Positions 9,208 through 17,951 of a DNA stretch of 47,743 nt are shown piece by piece. Position 1 is the stretch's first letter. Every line of letters starts with the position of its first letter. The stretch is from an uncultured Ktedonobacteraceae bacterium. GTDB lineage: Bacteria > Chloroflexota > Ktedonobacteria > Ktedonobacterales > Ktedonobacteraceae. The stretch lies in contig CAXUGH010000006.1 of the NCBI GenBank assembly GCA_964250365.1, positions 2,157 to 49,899 on the forward strand, written 5' to 3'. Position numbers and translations under genes: made by a program. Under the pieces are notes generated by a model. That model was not told the origin of the DNA, searched no databases, and saw nothing but the letters and a program-made list of their open reading frames with translations.

Positions 9208-10437
9208 TTACTTTGTGAAAACATTTTTGTATAGACGAAGAAGTTGGAAATGTTCCTGTTCCCAGCAAAGGTCTTGCTGAGCTGCTCGTAACGCATTGTG
9301 TCGCATACGTTCAAGTTCCTCTCGGTCCTCTAGCATCAAATTTATTGCATGTGCAATATCTTGAGAAGAGCAAGAAGGTACAATATGCCCGACATCATAT
9401 GTGTGAAGAACATCTGCCACAGCATCAAGCGATGTAGCGAGAACAGGTAAACCTGCCATCAGATATTCAAAGAGTTTGTTCGGTAGGCACATTTGCACAT
9501 TTAGCGAGAGTTCAGGTGAATAGATGATTAGGCCAATATCGGCTGATGCTGTCCACTTGAGTAGTTCATTATAAAGGACTGGCGGAAGAATGCGAATGCG
9601 CTCTGTTACACCTTCTTTACGTGCAAGTTCTTCCAGGTCAGATATTGTGTTATCAGCTATTCTCCCCATTAAAACTATTACAACATTTGGTTGGAGGAAA
9701 GCAGCCGCACGCACAATATTGTCAAGACGCCGATCCGCCTGTATATTTCCCTGGTACAAAGCAATTCGTACTTCGGAACTCAGTCCTAGATGTTGGCGAA
9801 GTAGATCATTTTTTTCAACAAGTTGATACGTGGGCGTATTGCGAATGAGCGTTATGTTCGAGGCAGCATACCGTTTGCGAATTTCCTGGACAATAGGTGG
9901 AGAAACAGTGATCACGCCAGCGCAACGCGCCATAATAGCTGTCAGCAACCATACCAGTAATGCTCGTAATCGAGGTTTGCGAGTACGGTCTAGCTGACTT
10001 AATGGAAGTTCGTGTGCATCATAGATGAGTAATTTGCGACGGAGCATTGCAGCAAGAAAGCATGCAGGTAGTGTATTGAGATCATGAGCATGATAGACAT
10101 CTGTTGGAACTTTCATTAAAGTCAATGCGCTTACAACCATTTTCTCTAGCGATTGTAGAGGCTTCAAAAGCTTACGTGTGGGTGCTAGCCAACGAGGTTT
10201 CACCATGTGTTTAACGTGAATACCTTGTATATTTTCCTCGGCAGGAGCATTTTTATCACTTACAACGTCAACAATGGTGACATCGTACCCTTCGTTTACA
10301 AGTGCTGTAGCCTCGCGCATCACTCGACCATCAGATGTTACTGGAATATGTATACGCAAATACATACATACCCTGACAGGTGTTTGAAAGCCACTATCAT
10401 TGCTGACTATAGTATTATTCTGAGTAAGTGTTTTCAT
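9208..10437 (-). CDS. Glycosyltransferase family 4
   Basis: VRVCMYLR...TSDGRVMREATALVNEGYDVTIV N-domain and a LPNKLFEYLMAGLPVLAT EX7E motif. Start uncertain (ATG 10437 with an AGGAAA RBS, versus 10476). Confidence 0.8.
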   Translation of the reverse strand: MKTLTQNNTIVSNDSGFQTPVRVCMYLRIHIPVTSDGRVMREATALVNEGYDVTIVDVVSDKNAPAEENIQGIHVKHMVKPRWLAPTRKLLKPLQSLEKMVVSALTLMKVPTDVYHAHDLNTLPACFLAAMLRRKLLIYDAHELPLSQLDRTRKPRLRALLVWLLTAIMARCAGVITVSPPIVQEIRKRYAASNITLIRNTPTYQLVEKNDLLRQHLGLSSEVRIALYQGNIQADRRLDNIVRAAAFLQPNVVIVLMGRIADNTISDLEELARKEGVTERIRILPPVLYNELLKWTASADIGLIIYSPELSLNVQMCLPNKLFEYLMAGLPVLATSLDAVADVLHTYDVGHIVPSCSSQDIAHAINLMLEDREELERMRHNALRAAQQDLCWEQEHFQLLRLYKNVFTK

Positions 10438-10487
10438 CGTAATATTTCCTAGCGTACTAGAGTAGTGAAAGAACATTCCTGAAAAGT

Positions 10488-11789
10488 TTAACGTGATTTT
10501 CGAGTTACAAGCCTCTTACTCATTATTTGTGACACACGAACGACGAAACCTCTTGTTGCTACTAGTGCAGGAAGAGGATCACGCCAATCAAGATAGTCAT
10601 ATCGAGTAGGAGTGAAGAAAGAAAGAACAAAATCGAGTAGTGATTGGGCGGGAGGAGGTACTCCTGGTCTTCCCCGTTGCCGTAATGCTGCTACAGTGGT
10701 TGAGATATCGCCCTTCAAGTAACGCATCCAGTTTCCTGTATGGTAATGCTTCACACTATCAATTTCCTCCTGATTTGCCCATTGATAGAGCAGGTGAGGA
10801 AAATCTACTCCCGAACGAATTGCAATCTCAACTGAAGCAGATAATCGTGGGTTGATCTCCATAAGATATGGAATGCCTGCACTATCACGCCGAAATTCCA
10901 CTTCGGAGTAGCCTTCCAGTTCAATGGATTGTATGAGACGTTCTGCTTGCGGACCGATATCATCAGGTACAGAGATACTCTGCCTGAGAACAGATTGCCC
11001 CCCTAAGGGTGGAACTGTGCGCTTCGCCCACTGAGCAAAACGCGCATATGTTCGCCCTTGTGCATACAAGAAACTTACAGCCTCACGTCTTCCTGAGAGA
11101 AACTGCTGAAAAAGGACTGCTCCTCCTCCAAGAGACATCAATTGTTCAACTACAAGCTGAGCCTCATTCAAGGTCGTGACCAATTGCGACACCACCCTAA
11201 TACCTTGATGCTCCATCGACACCCATGACTCAATAGGCTTAATCACCGCTGGCAACCCTATTTCATTAAGAGCTTCCTTCACCTGATCCACGGAGCTTAC
11301 AACAACGCCTCGTGGAACATTCAGTCCAAGCTGCTTAGCCACGTCCAACGTCTGTTGCTTGTTTACAGCTATTGCAAGCGCCGACTCTTTCGCTATTGCA
11401 ATTCGCACACGGCGTTCGATGAGTTCGCGATGACGACGCAATAACTCAATGGTGCCATCCGAAGAGGGAATGACCACACGAACAGCATTTTTATCAAGCA
11501 TCGCTTCTAAATAAGAGAGGTAAGCGTCTGCGCCCTCGTCGGCTGGACATACATACGCTCTTTGACACCAACGGGAGGAGAAAGTAGGCGCACAATCCTT
11601 CTTTCCTAATGCAGCTATACGCAAGCCACGACTTCCTAGAGAGCGTACTGTCATAAGAGATTGCCGTAACCGCGCATCAAGTACTAACGCATCGTATGTA
11701 CTAGTGCTTGCATTAGCATCTGCGTATTCATGTTCCTCTACTATTCTTCGTTTGTCATTTTGAGAGGCTTCTCTTAATACGTTTTTCAC
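10488..11789 (-). CDS. ATP-grasp domain protein (carboxylate-amine ligase type)
   Basis: LPAVIKP, QQFLSGRRE and YLMEINPRLSASVE motifs of the ATP-grasp fold. GTG start at 11789, with a GAAGG RBS overlapping the upstream stop. Confidence 0.85.
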   Translation of the reverse strand: MKNVLREASQNDKRRIVEEHEYADANASTSTYDALVLDARLRQSLMTVRSLGSRGLRIAALGKKDCAPTFSSRWCQRAYVCPADEGADAYLSYLEAMLDKNAVRVVIPSSDGTIELLRRHRELIERRVRIAIAKESALAIAVNKQQTLDVAKQLGLNVPRGVVVSSVDQVKEALNEIGLPAVIKPIESWVSMEHQGIRVVSQLVTTLNEAQLVVEQLMSLGGGAVLFQQFLSGRREAVSFLYAQGRTYARFAQWAKRTVPPLGGQSVLRQSISVPDDIGPQAERLIQSIELEGYSEVEFRRDSAGIPYLMEINPRLSASVEIAIRSGVDFPHLLYQWANQEEIDSVKHYHTGNWMRYLKGDISTTVAALRQRGRPGVPPPAQSLLDFVLSFFTPTRYDYLDWRDPLPALVATRGFVVRVSQIMSKRLVTRKSR

Positions 11790-11792
11790 TTT

Positions 11793-12833
11793 TTACCTTC
11801 TTATTAACTTAACACGATCAAAAATGTGAAGCATACTAACTATCTTGTCTCTAATAAGCTCTATTCCTGAGGTCTTTGCTATGATGACCAACCGGTGTTG
11901 CTGAGAATCTGTAAAGATGCGCTTTAAGAGATAAGGATTCGTTTCTGAAGTGTTGTATCCCGAAATTGTCGTCAATGCGTAATCGTATCCCGCTTTTTGC
12001 ACCGCAACGATTCCACTCCTTCCAATTTGTTCAGGTTTTCCATAAGGGTAGGCAAAGTAATGTACTGGATGTTCCAATTGCTGCTCTATTATGGAGCGAG
12101 ATTCACTTACCTCTCTCTGTACCTCAATAGAGTCGGAGAGATTCGCCAGAAGCGGATGATGCATTGTATGTGCTCCAAATGAAATCCATGTACTTTTTTC
12201 CATTTGCTCTACTTGCGCCCACGTAAGTAGAGAAGTCGGTTCCTCCTTAATAACTAGTGAGGGTGGTACCGCTAGTAGCTTCCGCAAAGAGATCAAGATT
12301 TTCTCTTTTTCAGCAGTTGAGGTAGTACTACTCATAGCAGCATCGATTGCCACTGCTAAGGCTCTTCTTTGCTCCTGAATGCCTAGATGATAGACGTGTC
12401 CCCCAAATGTCACTTCGTCTACCTGAGCATGTAGGAGAAGACGATCTGCCCACCAGAAACTATTTCCCATCTCCATGTATCCTGGAATAAGGAAAATGGT
12501 CATGGGAATTTGTAACTCCTCGGCAAGCACGAAAGCGTGAGTATAGTTGTCAGAGTACCCATCGTCAAACGTAAGTACCAATCGTGGACGCCGATCTTTC
12601 CGTTGCCGCACATCTTCATTAGACAAGTACAGTTCTTTTAACGCTGTTTCCAAACTTATTACATGAAATGCGCGGCATAAGTAGAGTAGATGCTTGTGTA
12701 AGTTTCCTTCTGCACGATGATAATTGAGAATAATTAGGTATTGTCTTGAGCGTAATGTCCACCAACGGACTAGCTTTAGTAGCCCGCTGTAATAGAGACA
12801 AGCCGATAAGAGTACCTGCACTCTACTTCGCAT
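11793..12833 (-). CDS. Polysaccharide deacetylase (NodB homology / CE4)
   Basis: LTFDDGYSDNY (Asp-Asp metal/catalytic motif) and FGAHTMHHPLL. Start moved to ATG 12833 (RBS GAGGGG about 7 nt upstream), because the longer ORF overlaps the flippase gene. Confidence 0.85.
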   Translation of the reverse strand: MRSRVQVLLSACLYYSGLLKLVRWWTLRSRQYLIILNYHRAEGNLHKHLLYLCRAFHVISLETALKELYLSNEDVRQRKDRRPRLVLTFDDGYSDNYTHAFVLAEELQIPMTIFLIPGYMEMGNSFWWADRLLLHAQVDEVTFGGHVYHLGIQEQRRALAVAIDAAMSSTTSTAEKEKILISLRKLLAVPPSLVIKEEPTSLLTWAQVEQMEKSTWISFGAHTMHHPLLANLSDSIEVQREVSESRSIIEQQLEHPVHYFAYPYGKPEQIGRSGIVAVQKAGYDYALTTISGYNTSETNPYLLKRIFTDSQQHRLVIIAKTSGIELIRDKIVSMLHIFDRVKLIRR

Positions 12834-12891
12834 ATTTTTCCCCTCTATTCGCAACCATAACTCGGTTATCTTAGAAACATGTATATTGTTG

Positions 12892-14616
12892 CTATGCCTG
12901 TTTGACATGCACTTTACTTCCTTGATTGACGGTCTTACCTCTCTGTGGAAGCTTTGCAATAAGTACAAGGCATCCTGCATAAATGGCGAGAGCAACGACG
13001 TAGACAACACACACGAGAAGTAATCCCTGCGACTGTGCAAGGTAGCTACTCCCAACATAAAGCGCAACACCAATGAACAGTGCTCCAATAAAGCGTCCAA
13101 TTTCAAAAGGAATAGGATAGAGACGCTGATTTACGATATAAGCGACTGTAGCAAGCACGATGTACGCTATCAACGTTGATTCAGCAGCACCCATTCCTTT
13201 AAAAAGGGGAATCAAGATCAAGTTAACGAAGATATTGACAAGAGCAGCGATAGTCGTAAAAACAGCGGTCAACCATGTTCTACGAGTAATATTTGCCCCT
13301 GCCATAAAAACATAATACACACCATAAAATACAATAGACACTGCAACGAAAGGAATAATTGGTGCCGCTGAGTGATACTCGACCGGAAAAAGCCAGTAAA
13401 GAATTAAAGTGGCGACAAGCGAAGAACCAAACGCTGCAAAGAGCAGGAAGAGACTAAACCAGCGAAAGATAAGTTTGAAGACCTCAGTAGCGTCTTTCCG
13501 TTTGGCGACAGTAAACATCGTTGTAGGCCATGCCAGTGAGAATGGACCCATGATTACAACTGACATCGCTGAACCTAACGTGTATACGACAGCATATCGT
13601 GCTGTCTCTGTGAGCGATACAAATAGACTAAGCAAGTAGCGATCCGATAGTTGTAACACCCAGTAGGAAACAAAATTCAGCACAAGGGGCAAACCAAACG
13701 CCAGAAGTCCCTTCACCATGTTGATACGTATTTTCAAACCGGCTTTGACGATAATAATTGGAAATGTACAGATCACGATACAGGCAAAGCCACTTCCATT
13801 AGCGATAATTGAACCTGCAATTCCCCAATGTAAGACTCCGACAAGTACAATGTTGCCAAGAAGCGTGACAAGTAGATTGCTAATAGACAAGAGTGAAAAG
13901 GGTAACGGACGGTCTTGGGCGCGTAACCATGCCAGTCCTGGAAGTGTGAGATTTTGTAGTAATACAACTCCGCTTGCTAAGGCAATATACACTCCCATTG
14001 TAGCTTGACCTAATAACAAAAAGGCCAACCATGAAGATAGAGCTATCACTCCAATCATCGTAAATGATGAGGCAAGTATGAGAAGTGAGGTTACTGTCGC
14101 AACGACAGCACGACGCTCCTCTGCGGAAGTGTAATCATAGTTATATGCGCGAAAGAAAGCAGAGTATAAACCTAGCTGTGTAATACCTGAACCCAATCCA
14201 ATCATCGTGTTAATAATCGTAAGAGCACCATAGTTCGATGCAGAAAGACGATGCGTTAGAAATGGTGCAAGGACGAGTGAGATTAACGGAACAGCGACGG
14301 AGGAGAGCGCGTAGATACCGGAACTCTTGATGAGCTTGCGTATGGTGGCAATCTGTCCCTCTACAGCAGAAGATTCCCGTAACTTTTTTTCGATCTCCTT
14401 TGCCTGCTTTACTTTCACAACTGGAATAATCCAAGTTTCCATAGAGGCTATGGCGTCGATCTCCTCCGCTCCTTGGTCGTACTGTATTAACTCACCAATA
14501 TCCGAGGTAACACTAGGTTGTGGTGTTAGAGGAAGCTGAGCAAACTGATCATCTCTATCAAAGGCATCCTGCACACGCGGAAGCCTTATTGTAGCGTCGA
14601 TCTGGTCATCAAGCAT
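12892..14616 (-). CDS. Wzx-like oligosaccharide flippase (MOP superfamily) with a ~100-aa N-terminal extension
   Basis: About 12-14 hydrophobic helices starting at KLIKSSGIYALSSVAVPLISLVL. The acidic soluble N-terminus is not typical of Wzx. Confidence 0.85.
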   Translation of the reverse strand: MLDDQIDATIRLPRVQDAFDRDDQFAQLPLTPQPSVTSDIGELIQYDQGAEEIDAIASMETWIIPVVKVKQAKEIEKKLRESSAVEGQIATIRKLIKSSGIYALSSVAVPLISLVLAPFLTHRLSASNYGALTIINTMIGLGSGITQLGLYSAFFRAYNYDYTSAEERRAVVATVTSLLILASSFTMIGVIALSSWLAFLLLGQATMGVYIALASGVVLLQNLTLPGLAWLRAQDRPLPFSLLSISNLLVTLLGNIVLVGVLHWGIAGSIIANGSGFACIVICTFPIIIVKAGLKIRINMVKGLLAFGLPLVLNFVSYWVLQLSDRYLLSLFVSLTETARYAVVYTLGSAMSVVIMGPFSLAWPTTMFTVAKRKDATEVFKLIFRWFSLFLLFAAFGSSLVATLILYWLFPVEYHSAAPIIPFVAVSIVFYGVYYVFMAGANITRRTWLTAVFTTIAALVNIFVNLILIPLFKGMGAAESTLIAYIVLATVAYIVNQRLYPIPFEIGRFIGALFIGVALYVGSSYLAQSQGLLLVCVVYVVALAIYAGCLVLIAKLPQRGKTVNQGSKVHVKQA

Positions 14617-14618
14617 AT

Positions 14619-15722
14619 TTATCCCTCAGCTTTTCTATCTGCTGATTGTAGCAGCGCAATTTGAGAAGCAACAGAAGGAGTATGTAAACTCCTGGACGAC
14701 ATCTGCTTTCGTCTCTTAAGAATGCTCAAGAAAATACCACGAATTCCTGTACGCTGAAACTTGTGGTAAGCACGAGCCAAACGATTTTCGATATGATAGA
14801 GAGGAGAGTACTTATACTTTGCCCAACGTGCAGCTAGATTTGCACAATGATCACAGCCAGAATACTGAGCGAGTGCTGTGAGCAATGTAATATGCAGTGC
14901 ATGGTAGAAACGAGATGCTCTTTGCTTATAAAGCAGATCGTAGCGCGACCAGTTTCCAGTGTCGTACTGCTCGATGAGTTTATGAAAAGTTGCGAGGCTT
15001 CGTCGAATAAGTGAGTCTATTTGCGCGTCTCCAGCGACTGCGACATAATCATAGAGACCAAAGAGCGAGAGAATATATCCATTAAGTACATGTGAAGGTG
15101 GATATACAGCAAACTCTTCAAAAAATACTCCTTCCTCACCAACTGTGGTGCTAACGCCTCCATCCTTGATATCTAACTCAAAAGTAAGCACGCCACGACG
15201 AGCTGCTTGAAGAAAAACTTCATCATCCGTTAACTGATTTGCCCGTACCAATACCGAAATGACATTTCCTTGCGTTAAGGCAGAACACCAGGGGGTAGAG
15301 GCATTATAGTCAATCACAGAAAAAGGAATCGACCAGCGTCCCATCTGTTGCTCTTCATGTTCCAGAAGCCAGTGAGCTTGCGTCATGAATGCATGACTAA
15401 ACTTTTCATCTCCTGTTCTGAGATACGCATTCCAATTAGCGAGAGCGTATTGTGCAATTGTAGTAGGATGATACGCAGCAGGATATAGTCCAGTAGGCGC
15501 GTTATAAGGTACCCCCGATTCATCAAGTGTGCCATGTGGTAACGTTAGTAAAGCTTCAAAGTCCATTGGATAGGGTAAGAAACGGGAGGCATCATGCAAT
15601 ATAGACACCAAACGGTAACAAGGTTTTGCCTGCTCTTTACGCCAAAGTTGCCACTCAGCAATGAAGAAGCTAATAATAGGCAGAGTACTCCACCTGCTGT
15701 ATAAACTCATTTTCTTTCTCAC
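14619..15722 (-). CDS. D-glucuronyl C5-epimerase C-terminal-domain-like protein
   Basis: SALTQGNVISVLVRAN, FFEEFAVYPPSHVLNGYILSLFGLYDY, YDTGNWSRYDL and RWAKYKY match, from memory, the GLCE C-terminal domain (QGxAISxLVRAY, WYEEYP..VLNG..SLxGLYD, LYDTG..xYDL, RWxxY). Confidence 0.8.
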   Translation of the reverse strand: MRKKMSLYSRWSTLPIISFFIAEWQLWRKEQAKPCYRLVSILHDASRFLPYPMDFEALLTLPHGTLDESGVPYNAPTGLYPAAYHPTTIAQYALANWNAYLRTGDEKFSHAFMTQAHWLLEHEEQQMGRWSIPFSVIDYNASTPWCSALTQGNVISVLVRANQLTDDEVFLQAARRGVLTFELDIKDGGVSTTVGEEGVFFEEFAVYPPSHVLNGYILSLFGLYDYVAVAGDAQIDSLIRRSLATFHKLIEQYDTGNWSRYDLLYKQRASRFYHALHITLLTALAQYSGCDHCANLAARWAKYKYSPLYHIENRLARAYHKFQRTGIRGIFLSILKRRKQMSSRSLHTPSVASQIALLQSADRKAEG

Positions 15723-17936
15723 TTACTCCTGACTAGTCTGTTCCGCAGTTCCAATCGCTCTGGTCAAGACTCGCTTGAACACAGTAGCATTATGTTGTTG
15801 CTCAACATAATGCCTCGCTGCACGTCCCATATTGAGGCAAAGCTCCGCATCATTGATAAGGCGAGTCAGAGCATTGCTCGTTTGCTCTACATTCTCGGCA
15901 GGAACAGCAATTCCACGTCCCTCTGCAAGTAGCTTTTCATTTGATAGAGGTCGTGTTGAGGCGATAACAGCACAAGCAGATGCCATTGCCTCTAGTACCG
16001 CCATAGAAAGGCATGCGCCCCGTATGCTTGTGTAGAGGAAAATGTCGGCAATACCGAGAAGTGAGACGACATCACTTGGCGAAGTTTCTCCCCACAACGT
16101 GTAAGTATGGTCCAACTGGCGTGTATGAATATCTTCTTCTATCTGAGGACGCAGAGGTCCATCGCCTGCAATGATAACTTTCACTCTCCTACGTACCTCT
16201 TGCGAAAGTTCGGAAAGTGTTTGGCTTATTCCATTAAGGGCGATATGAATACCTTTCTCGGCAGCAAGCCTACAAGTCATAGCAATGACAATGGAATCTG
16301 CAGGAATATTGAGTTTAGCGCGTAGAAGTCTCTTTTGGTTTCCATCAAGATCAAGATAGCGGTGAGCATCAATCATACTGCCGAAGCGGGTAAAACGGCT
16401 TGAAGAGATGCCAAGACGCTTGCAAATCTCCTCTGTCCCATCGCCAGCAACTCCTGGTATTAAGTAATGATCCACAAAGCGAGCAGAGATACGCGCTAAC
16501 AGGGAGAGTGAAGGCCAATACCCGATGTAGCACAACCGTCCCCAAAGTTGACGGGGAAATGACCAATTTTTTGTCGCGAGTGCCGCTATACGCTCAGCAC
16601 GATACGACGGGTTTTTGAGCAAAGTTAGATTGCCGTGATCAATACAAACGACGCGCACTCCTGCTAGTTTCGCCACCAGTACGGAGAAAGCTGAGGTAAA
16701 GACGCCATCCTGTGGCAGAATAACCTGATATCTTTTTCCTTGATGCAAAAGTGAGGTAAGCTTCCATAAACCCGTTAAAAAGTAAAGCCACACTGCTGGA
16801 AATTGCCAAGGTCCAGTTTTTGCTGTACCGAATTTGTAGATAGTAAGATCATCTGGGTTGGGTCCAACATGTTGCGTTAAATATTCTATTTGCCATTCAG
16901 CTTTTGTTACTTGAGCAACACTCGCTAAGACTGCTCGTGTACCGCCAGTGACTGGGAAGGCATGAATAGGTACGCATACACGAAGGACTGACGCTTCTTG
17001 CGACTCAGGAAATAGTGTCGTTTGTATCCGCTTCCATAGGAGTCGAGCATGTGAGTTGTACCACTGAATACCTTTATACAATATCCTAGAGCGTCGACTA
17101 TGCTGATAGTGTTTCCAGCGAAGTGCTACTCTTGTACAATGTTCACATCCTGTACCGATTGCAAGTGCTTCAAGCAATTCCGTCTGTGCTACAAGTTGAG
17201 AAGGAGTACTCAAGTGCCGATGGAGCAGATCATAACGGGTCCAAAAACCGTTATCGAACTCATCAATAACTGCATGAAGTGTTAAGCAGCCTTTTTCAAT
17301 ACACTCCTGCACATAAACACTATCAATGATCTGTGCATAATCATAAAGCCCCTGAAGCGCGAAGAGGCTTCCTAGTAATGAATGACTTGCTGGATAAGCT
17401 GCCATCTCTTCAAAGAAGGTACCATGCTCTCCTATAGGAGTGCTTATACCTCCATCAAGAATATCTCGTTCAAAAGTGCGTACCGTTCTGTGTGCTAACG
17501 CTAAAAATGTAGCATCACCGGTACATTGATATGCTCTGACAACTACAGAAAGTACACATCCTTGCGTGGTAGCAGATAATCTGGAATTACCTTCTCTTAT
17601 CTTTTGCTGTAGAAGTACGCATAGCCATGAGCTTGCATTCTCGCCCAGAGAAACTTCGTTTTCGATGAACCATTGTGCTTGTGCTAGAAATTCGTGGCGA
17701 TGGTATGGCTCCTCAGTTATGAGGTATTGATTCCAATGAGCTAAAGCATGTAGCGCAATGAATGTTGGATCATGTTGCGATGAGGCATCATTGTAAAAAA
17801 ATCCTTTCGTATCAATGCTATCACTTTCGATAGCAAGACATAATGACAGGTTTACAGGATAACAGGACTCACGAGGAAATTTTTCGGGAGATATAGTTTG
17901 CGTATTTTTGTCGTCTTTGTTCATTTCTTTATACAT
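15723..17936 (-). CDS. Fusion protein: glucuronyl C5-epimerase-like N-domain plus GT4 glycosyltransferase C-domain
   Basis: The N-terminal half is paralogous to 14619..15722 (ATTQGCVLSVVVRAY, FFEEMAAYPASHSLLGSLFALQGLYDY, FDNGFWTRYDL, RWKHYQH). The C-terminal half has GT-B features (SMAVLEAMASACAVIAS). Confidence 0.8.
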   Translation of the reverse strand: MYKEMNKDDKNTQTISPEKFPRESCYPVNLSLCLAIESDSIDTKGFFYNDASSQHDPTFIALHALAHWNQYLITEEPYHRHEFLAQAQWFIENEVSLGENASSWLCVLLQQKIREGNSRLSATTQGCVLSVVVRAYQCTGDATFLALAHRTVRTFERDILDGGISTPIGEHGTFFEEMAAYPASHSLLGSLFALQGLYDYAQIIDSVYVQECIEKGCLTLHAVIDEFDNGFWTRYDLLHRHLSTPSQLVAQTELLEALAIGTGCEHCTRVALRWKHYQHSRRSRILYKGIQWYNSHARLLWKRIQTTLFPESQEASVLRVCVPIHAFPVTGGTRAVLASVAQVTKAEWQIEYLTQHVGPNPDDLTIYKFGTAKTGPWQFPAVWLYFLTGLWKLTSLLHQGKRYQVILPQDGVFTSAFSVLVAKLAGVRVVCIDHGNLTLLKNPSYRAERIAALATKNWSFPRQLWGRLCYIGYWPSLSLLARISARFVDHYLIPGVAGDGTEEICKRLGISSSRFTRFGSMIDAHRYLDLDGNQKRLLRAKLNIPADSIVIAMTCRLAAEKGIHIALNGISQTLSELSQEVRRRVKVIIAGDGPLRPQIEEDIHTRQLDHTYTLWGETSPSDVVSLLGIADIFLYTSIRGACLSMAVLEAMASACAVIASTRPLSNEKLLAEGRGIAVPAENVEQTSNALTRLINDAELCLNMGRAARHYVEQQHNATVFKRVLTRAIGTAEQTSQE

Positions 17937-17951
17937 TAAAGATGCCTCTAG

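Noticed and set aside
12834-13106. Long N-terminal extension of the deacetylase ORF (11793..13106)
   Set aside because: It overlaps the 3' end of the flippase gene by more than 200 nt. ATG 12833 has a GAGGGG RBS and leaves a complete NodB domain.
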